A stretch of DNA of 64,000 bases from Octopus vulgaris. Taxonomy: Eukaryota. The stretch is from NCBI GenBank assembly GCA_951406725.2, contig OX597825.1:82956001-83020000 (forward strand), written 5' to 3'. Position numbers and translations under genes: made by a program. Below, in pieces: positions 55,048 through 64,000 of this stretch; within the stretch, counting starts at the first letter, position 1; every line of letters begins with the position of its first letter. The notes under the pieces were generated by a model. That model made no database searches and had not been told where the DNA came from. It was given only the letters and a program-made list of their open reading frames with translations.

Positions 55048-55079
<32 letters not shown>

Positions 55080-55283
55080 AACAAAGACCGTGCCATCACT
55101 TTTAAGACCCTGACTACCAGCGAGGCCATTATCCTCGTTAGATCAATTAGCAATAAAACGCCTCGTGATTCTTTTGAAATCAATTACGACGAGAAACCAC
55201 AAGGAACAAAAAAACAAAACCACATCATCACCAGCAGTGGTAGCAGCAGCAGCAGCAGCAGCAGTAGCACGACTACGATCACT

Positions 55284-55314
<31 letters not shown>

Positions 55315-55625
55315 GTACCACTTCCCACCACCAACCCCCACCACCTGTACTAGCATCAGCAGCACCGCCGCCACCATCATCAACATTATCGTCCCATCAG
55401 CACCAACATAGCCACGCTACAACCACCACCACCACCACCACCACCACCACCACCACCACCACCACCACCACCACCACCACCACCACCACTACCACCACCA
55501 CCACCACCACCACCACCACCACCACCACCACCACCACCACCACCACTACCACTACCACCACCACCATCACCACTACCACCACCACCACCACCACCACCAC
55601 CACCACCACCACCACTACCACCACA
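54820..55625. repeat. Mosaic trinucleotide array (CCA, GAT, CAT, CGT, AGC, AAC)
   Basis: Direct reading. It explains the spurious 320-aa ORF. Confidence 0.9.
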
Positions 55626-55995
55626 TCTCCGTGTCACCAATAGCAACAGCGGTATAATCCCTGTTTGACATAATCAGCTCCATAAATCCTCGTGCTTTCC
55701 GTTGATGTTTAATCCCAGATCAAGGCAAATAAAATTGATGCATTACAAAAGGCATTCCAGTCGTGGCCATCTTATATGCCAGGGTGATTTAGGACAAAAA
55801 TATTCAATACCTCCTACAGCTTTTTTTTTTCTTCTGTTTTTTTTTTTTTTTTAATATTGTTACAGTAATTTAAGATTTGAGGAATAATTTCGCTGCTGTT
55901 TCTAACAAATCACTGAAATACCCAGAAGCGCTCTCCTTCCTTCAGTTCGGATTTCATTGGTGGTAGAAGTTGCATGATAACGATGATGATGGTGA

Positions 55996-56029
<34 letters not shown>

Positions 56030-56249
56030 GGTGATGGTGGCAATGCCACCTTGTAGACTTATTCCAGTTTGAATTGAAGGCACCTGATCGATTTTTCTAG
56101 CAAGTCGAGTGACCTATACTGATTCCATTGTAGAATCTTGACCACCGTGAAGACCCGTTGTTTTCGGAGTCAAACACAGATTTTGACAACTCAAACTTTA
56201 CGGATACAAATGGAAACGGTATAACAGCAGAAACAATTATTGATATGAC

Positions 56250-56260
56250 TGTCTGTCTAT

Positions 56261-56320
<60 letters not shown>

Positions 56321-56333
56321 TTGTCTGCCTATA

Positions 56334-56398
<65 letters not shown>

Positions 56399-56399
56399 G

Positions 56400-56446
<47 letters not shown>

Positions 56447-56478
56447 CTTTGTCTGTATATTCTATGTATCTATATATC

Positions 56479-56567
<89 letters not shown>

Positions 56568-56594
56568 GTCTAACCATCTTTCTATCCATCTGTG

Positions 56595-56625
<31 letters not shown>
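56250..56625. repeat. (CTAT)n microsatellite
   Basis: Direct reading. Confidence 0.97.
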
Positions 56626-56666
56626 ATTACATTTGACGAATATTTGTCCTCATCTTGTTTGTTGTT

Positions 56667-56712
56667 AACACAACGTTTCGGCTGATATACTCTCCAGCCT
56701 TCATCAGGTGTC
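56667..56712 (-). ncRNA. Minimal type-I hammerhead ribozyme (family H2)
   Basis: Minus strand reads GACAC-CTGATGA-A-GGCTG(GAGAGTATAT)CAGCC-GAAA-CG-TT-GTGTT, inside an H2 repeat at ~56628-56770. Confidence 0.85.
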
Positions 56713-56900
56713 GTTGGGAAATTTCGAACATAGGTTCTCATTCCTAAGGTGTTTTTTTTTTAAATATCATTACTATTATTAGTCGAAACGATCAAGAGAT
56801 GGACGCACTTCCGCCATGTAGACATCGCTCGACGACGCAGACGTCAGACATATTAGAAATAGTCACCGGATCTTCCTCGAATCACTATATCATCTTTCCT

Positions 56901-56958
<58 letters not shown>

Positions 56959-57199
56959 AACACGTTGGATAATATACAGTGATAGATGCTGTGAGTTTTA
57001 ATATGGAGAGGATGGTCATAGCTGGAATGTCTTTAATTATAGACCTACCAGATCAGGGCTGACTTGGGACTAAAGAAAACATCTAACGGCGCCTGGAACA
57101 ACGTTTTAATGACTGACTACAACAACAACAACAACAGAACAAAAGTAACAAAGATCAGTAGCAATTATAGCAACAACAATAGCAACTACACAGAGAGCA

Positions 57200-57750
<551 letters not shown>

Positions 57751-58871
57751 TTTTGGATACACGCCAGTTCAAAACCTAATATCCATCACAGAATCGTTGC
57801 TATATGTGTAACTTCTAAAACCTGACCTGGTTACGATTTTTGCATATTTATTTTCTTATTTTTTACAAACATTTTGGTTTTCTGTATTAAATTTTTTGTA
57901 ATGTTTTTGTATTGTTTTTACAATATATATATTTTTAATATTTCTTGTTTATTTTTTTTTACGTTTACATCCATTTTCCAATAGTATTTTTACTTTTGCT
58001 TTGTTTTTGTTTTTATATTTCCTCTTTGTGGAATGTCTATCGTTTTAACAAAAGACAGACACTGGAAGATAAAACAAAAGATTTTTTTTTTTCCACGCCA
58101 CTTCTTACACGCTTTCTATTTGTTGATAGGATTCACAATCAAGGCTGCTGGAATTCGTTGCTCTCACATATTCAAATCAAATCTACTTTGCGTAACGATA
58201 ACACACTTAGAACCGCAAAACTACAAGCTGGACATAACAACAATTGAGTCTTAATCTACAAATATATTGGGATATTTTCCCAACTATTGGAGAAAATTAC
58301 GTTTATCTATCTGCAACTAAATGGATTAATTTCTTGTGTTTGTGCCTCCCTATTTCTATATAAATGCGTATGTTTGTGTGTGGCGAGAAAACGGGTGTAA
58401 ACGTGTGTCTAGTCTCTCCGCTGCAAAAATATAACAACATGGCGTAATTTCTTTGTAACTTCCTGTTTCGCCATTGATTCTTGTACATGGTGTTTAAAAA
58501 ATAAAGGTGGTGGGGAGAAAGAAAAGTCTGGAGTTGTGTCTCTCTCTTTTATCCTGTGCGTAACGCTATAATATTCTAAACGGTTTGTACTTCTTAGTTC
58601 CCGTAAAGGTTTCGTTTGTAAAACTGCATTCTCACTGCTTGCCCTGAAATTGAACGAGGTCAGCCATATTTTACGTGTGTTGAGAAGCAATGATGATTCA
58701 CTAGAAACAACCAGACGAAAGGAGAGCATTTATGCAAATGATGATAATGATAAACAATTATTATTGTTATTTCTACTCTAGACACAAGGACTTGAAATTC
58801 TTTTAGGGAACGGGGCTTGTTGATTATATCGACCCCAGTGCTTAACTAGTACTTAATAATAATAATAATAA

Positions 58872-59420
58872 TGATGCAGTACTAGACAGTGGCTTTCATG
58901 GCTTCTGATCTTAACTGATTAGAAGTGTTATCATGTACATTGTTTTGTCTTGGTATAAAAGATGGGCTACAGCAAATATTCTGCTCAATACCACAGATTT
59001 GCTTGTCAGTTGTTTACCTTAACCAGTTGAGCATGTCCCTTAGTGGCTGACGATATGTGCATCTCTGATCACGAGCAGAAGTAGTGAGGGAGCATCATAG
59101 CCATGTGTTGAGGGGGATTCTTTGGGGTTTGAATAATTCACCACTGGAAACATGGGTGTTTTGTCCAACATCCTTAAACAAACCTTATTCAGGGACCTTT
59201 TCAGCGGGATGTGCTACTCAACCTGAAGAAAATTCTAACTGGGCCCCACCTGCAAGGTCATGTGCTGCTTATCTTGATATGAGATCACCATGTCGCGCAC
59301 ATATGGTTGTGATGCATATGCCTAGTGTACCCTTATCAGACGGGTAGTCATGATGGGTATACGGGGCTTCGTATATTTTACCCCAGTGTCACTTTGATGG
59401 CATGCACTGCTCTCTCACTC
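58872..59420 (+). mobile_element. Family D element
   Basis: Full-length match to 40218-40772 (inverted), with (AAT)n flanks. Confidence 0.9.
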
Positions 59421-59496
<76 letters not shown>

Positions 59497-59898
59497 GAAT
59501 AGGAAACCAGGCATAGTTTTAATTGAGAAAGAAAACAAACTATGCTGGATCATAGATATAGCATGCCCAGCTGACAACAAGATGTGCGATAAGGAAGAAA
59601 GAAAAGTCGAGAGATATGACAGGTTAGCTTGGGAAGTTAAGCAGTTGTGCTCGAAGAAAAAGGTAGCAGTTGTACAAATAATTGTCGGAGCCCTGGGATC
59701 AGTGAGCAAAAATCTCGAGAAGTACGTGGAACAAATAGGGGCTGCAATAAGGGTGGAGCACTTGCAGAAAACAGCACTGCTTGAAACCGCTCGAATACTC
59801 TGGAAGGTGCTGGAAAAATAAGAGGTGTTATCTTACTTCACTGGTAGTGAACAGCCGACACCGTAGTACCGCTCCAGCGTTAGAAGCTGCGCAAAGGC
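59497..59898 (+). mobile_element. 3' end of a second R4/Dong-like RLE retrotransposon
   Basis: NRKPGIVLIEKENKLCWIIDIACPADNKMCDKEERKVERYDRLAWEVKQL..IIVGALG..LQKTALLETARIL, with (AAT)n on both sides. Confidence 0.88.
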
Positions 59899-60620
59899 AA
59901 TAATAATAATAATGATGATGGTAACAGTTCCAGGTTTAGACACAGCAAAACAGAAATAGATTTCTTTTGCGGTGGAACTCACTAGATGCAAATGATTCAT
60001 AACTAAAATTTTCAACTTAGACGGTAGCTGTACGCATTATTCCATTATTTTAATCCACAAAGCAGGAGAAAAGAATTGCATTCTTTAAAAGAAGAATACC
60101 TACATTTGGGCTAGAAAAGTATCTTGTAAAATATACGGGAGGCTTTCGCAAATAGTGACGCAATTAAATGATTTAATGTCTGTTCAGTAAATTCTCTTTC
60201 TAGGAAACAGAGACTTAGGCAGTTGAAAGCAATGTGAAGGAAGGAAAAAACAATAAAATGTAATGAGTCTATGAAATACGCTGGAAGATCATTAGTAAGA
60301 AAATATGACATTGGATAGAGAAAGACCCGGGAGCTTATATTGTAATTTTTTATCGTATTTATTTTGGATAACTATAGAATGTGAAATGAATGGAGATGAT
60401 ATGTGGCAAGCGAAAGAAAAATTTATCTCATTATTTCAAACAAGAATGAATTGTAATTTGACTTAAAAGAATTCAAAGTGTCTTGTATTGGAAAATTTGC
60501 ATTTCATCCTCCGGGTATAATATTCAAACACACACACGCGCGCGCGCACACGCACACATACCATCACATACACACAGGCACGCACACAGCTGTACATACA
60601 TATATGTGTATGTATGTATG

Positions 60621-60743
<123 letters not shown>

Positions 60744-60915
60744 GGTATATGTTTTTATTTTTCATTCCCATTCAGAATTACGACTTTTAGTGGCTTGGAG
60801 ATTTAACTGCTCTTTCTAGTGAGTCAGATATCCTATTATCGGTTATCTCTTATGTGTTTGATTGTACACTGTATTCTTCTCTGAATATATATATATGTAT
60901 ATACATATATACAAT

Positions 60916-61273
60916 GGAGGCGCTATGGCTCAGTAGTTAGGGCAGCGGACTCGCGGTTTCAATTCCCAGACCGGCCATTGTGAGTGTTTATTGAGCGAAA
61001 ACACCTAAAGCTCCGGCAGGGGGTGGCAGTGAAACCTGCTGTACTCTTTCACGACAACTTTCTTATCTCGCTCTTTCTTTCTGTTTCTGTTGTACTTGTA
61101 TTTCAAAGGGCCGGCCTTGTCACACTCTGTGTCACGCTGAATCTCCCCGAGAACTACGCTAAGGGTACACGTTCCTGTGGAGTGCTCAGCCTCTTGCACG
61201 TTAATTTCACGAGCAGACTGTTCCGTTGATCGGATCAACTGGAACCCTCTTCGTCGTAACCGACGGAGTGCCA
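60916..61273 (+). mobile_element. SINE family C variant
   Basis: tRNA-like head. The 3' body TGTATTTCAAAG..CCTTGTCACA..TGTGTCACGCTGAATCTCCC is shared with 16806-17057. (TA)n flanks. Confidence 0.88.
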
Positions 61274-61752
61274 CTTTGCATATATATATATGAAGAGTGA
61301 ACGACGTTTACAAACTTATAATATCGGGAGCCACTAAGCTAATAAGGACAGCTCTACAAATAAAAACCTACATGAAAGCTAATGTACAATAAAGACATAC
61401 ATCGTTAGTATGTCTCTTTGTGCTAATCACAAACTGCAGATTGTATTATCAAGTTATAAAAGGCACAAATATTTACACTCCACTAATAATAATGAAGTAA
61501 ATAAACGAACAAAAAAACGCAAATGTCCTTAGATTGATTATTATCAACTTAATCGTCCATGTTATTATTTCAACACGACCTTTCTAAATCTCAGTCGGAG
61601 ATTAACCGACGCTGTTGTATGTAGGTGTGCTTCCCTACGCGTCTGTCAGATAGAAATATCTTACAAGATAGACCGAGACAATTCTGTCTCTCTCTCACCC
61701 TCTCTCTCTCTCTGTCGTTGTGGTTCTGCTCTATTGCGATATGGTATTGTAT

Positions 61753-61980
61753 GGCGAGCTGGCAGAATCGTTAGCACGCCGGGCGAAATACTTAGCGGTA
61801 TTTCGTCTGCCGTTACGTTCTGAGTTCAAATTTCGCCGAGGTCGACTTTGCCTTTCATCCTTTCAGGGTCGATTAAATAAGTACCAGTTACGCACTGGTG
61901 TCGATATAATCGACTTAATCCGTTTGTCTGTCCTTGTTTGTCCCCTCTGTGTTTAGCCCCTTGTGGGTAATAAAGAAATA
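61753..61980 (+). mobile_element. SINE family A, near full length
   Basis: Matches 14009-14240. Flanked by GGTATTGTATG and GGTATTCTATG. Confidence 0.93.
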
Positions 61981-62029
61981 GGTATTCTATGACAAGGTGA
62001 GCTGTTGTCGGCACACACACACACACACA

Positions 62030-62091
<62 letters not shown>

Positions 62092-62533
62092 TACATATAT
62101 AGACATATATATACACATACAGTGTGTATGGTATGATTATGTTATTTTGTTGTTCAATCCAAGGTTAGCCCTATAGGACGAGAATCCAGAAACTTTTCTA
62201 TCCGACATGTCTTTTTCCTTCTTGAGCATTGGGTTATGGTGTGCAGTAGTATAACAGGGTATGACATAGTGTATTGTATGATGATGTAGAGTGTTGTGGT
62301 ACGGTGTTGAATCGCCTGGTGTAATAATGATATGACGTAGTATAATTGTGGTAGTATGAGGTATGACGCCATGTGGTATGGCTGGGTATGACACGGTGTC
62401 TTGTGGGAGGGCTGTACCAAGCCACGTCATACTTCTATAAATCTATCAACCATTGTTACTAATGACGACATTAGCCTAATTTATTATTGTATGTTACATT
62501 TTTTTTACTCGCCTGCTACATTCAACACTCGTC

Positions 62534-62900
<367 letters not shown>

Positions 62901-63013
62901 ATCTTTTCTTTATTGGCCACAAATAATCAGGATCAACATCATCGTCGTCGTCGTCGTTGCCGTAAATATATTCATTGCCACCCTCATAACTCTCCCCATC
63001 TTTATCATCCGCC

Positions 63014-63014
<1 letters not shown>

Positions 63015-63049
<35 letters not shown>

Positions 63050-63066
63050 CCATCATCATCACCACC

Positions 63067-63139
<73 letters not shown>

Positions 63140-63314
63140 CCACCACAAGCACCAATAACATCATCATTGCCTTCATCGTCATCACCACCAACGCGATCAC
63201 TATCATTGTTATATCATTCACCATCATCATTATCATTATGATGACGATGATGACGATGTTGACGATGATGATGACGATGATGATGACGATGATGATGATG
63301 ATGATGATGATGAC

Positions 63315-63369
<55 letters not shown>

Positions 63370-63580
63370 GGTGTCACCATCATCAACACCATCATGAACA
63401 TTATTGTCATCCCCTCCACCACTACCACCACCACCACCACCACCACCACCACCACCACTATCAACAACATTATAATTAACATTATAATTATATCCAGAAT
63501 CAACACCACGAAGACAGCCATCAACATCATCATCATCAACAGCAGCAGTAGCAGTCACAGCAGCAGCAGCAGCAGCGACA
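63015..63580. repeat. Mosaic (CAT)n/(CAC)n/(GAT)n/(AGC)n array
   Basis: Direct reading. Confidence 0.93.
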
Positions 63581-64000
63581 GCAGGAGTGGTAGCAAGAAC
63601 TTAATGAACGAATTAAGTGCGAGAGATCATTAAGGAGATATTTTTTTCTTTTTCATTTTTTTCTTTTTCTTTTTTTTTTTTCTTTTCTTTCTTTGCGAAT
63701 ACCACAAACGTTCTGACTTCATATATTCTGGACGTATCAACTGGTTCTCTTGAAATAAACATCGGAAGTTATATATTTCTAGCCATATGTCGCTCATTTT
63801 CTTTTCTGTTTTTTTTTTCCTCCCCCTGTTTTAATTCGGTCCATATGGCTTCGAGTCGGCAGAATTACAGTTATAGAAAATAATTATTGCATTATAAAGA
63901 TACATTGAAATTATTATTGGTCTCAAATTTTGGCACGGTTATTACTTTCCTGGAACAACATCAGCATACGTTACCCAGACTATTTACTTGTTTACACAAA

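Noticed and set aside
54681-55643. 320-aa ORF, the longest in the window
   Set aside because: It consists of poly-T/M/I/V/S/N runs produced by stop-free trinucleotide repeats, with no domain-like sequence.
59040-59105. CTGACGA within family D as a ribozyme
   Set aside because: It is part of a plain hairpin with no GAAA/UH arm, and I could not build an HDV-like pseudoknot by eye either.

Overview
AT-rich eukaryotic non-coding DNA saturated with microsatellites ((TA)n, (CA)n, (CTAT)n, (AAT)n, (CAT)n, (CCA)n). The repeat families look like those of an octopus (coleoid cephalopod) genome; this is inferred from recognising the repeats, not from a search. I find no credible host protein-coding gene, and almost all ORFs in the track are translated microsatellites or SINEs. 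The window holds many copies of three tRNA-headed SINE families (called A, B and C here), two copies of a ~550-bp (AAT)n-embedded element, two R4/Dong-like restriction-endonuclease LINE 3' ends, Tx1/L1-like and CR1-like 3' ends, three Tc1/mariner derivatives, a ~1-kb long-TIR element and a decayed Penelope-like GIY-YIG fragment. The most striking signal is eleven minimal type-I hammerhead ribozyme motifs (two visibly damaged) from about seven unrelated short repeat families. Several sit in divergent fold-back pairs, one family appears to carry a tRNA-like Pol III head, one ribozyme is split by a SINE in loop II, and one fold-back has captured a 150-bp copy of DNA from 3 kb away. Together these point to a diverse non-autonomous Penelope-like/retrozyme system. 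All ribozyme folds were read by eye and none has been tested for activity.
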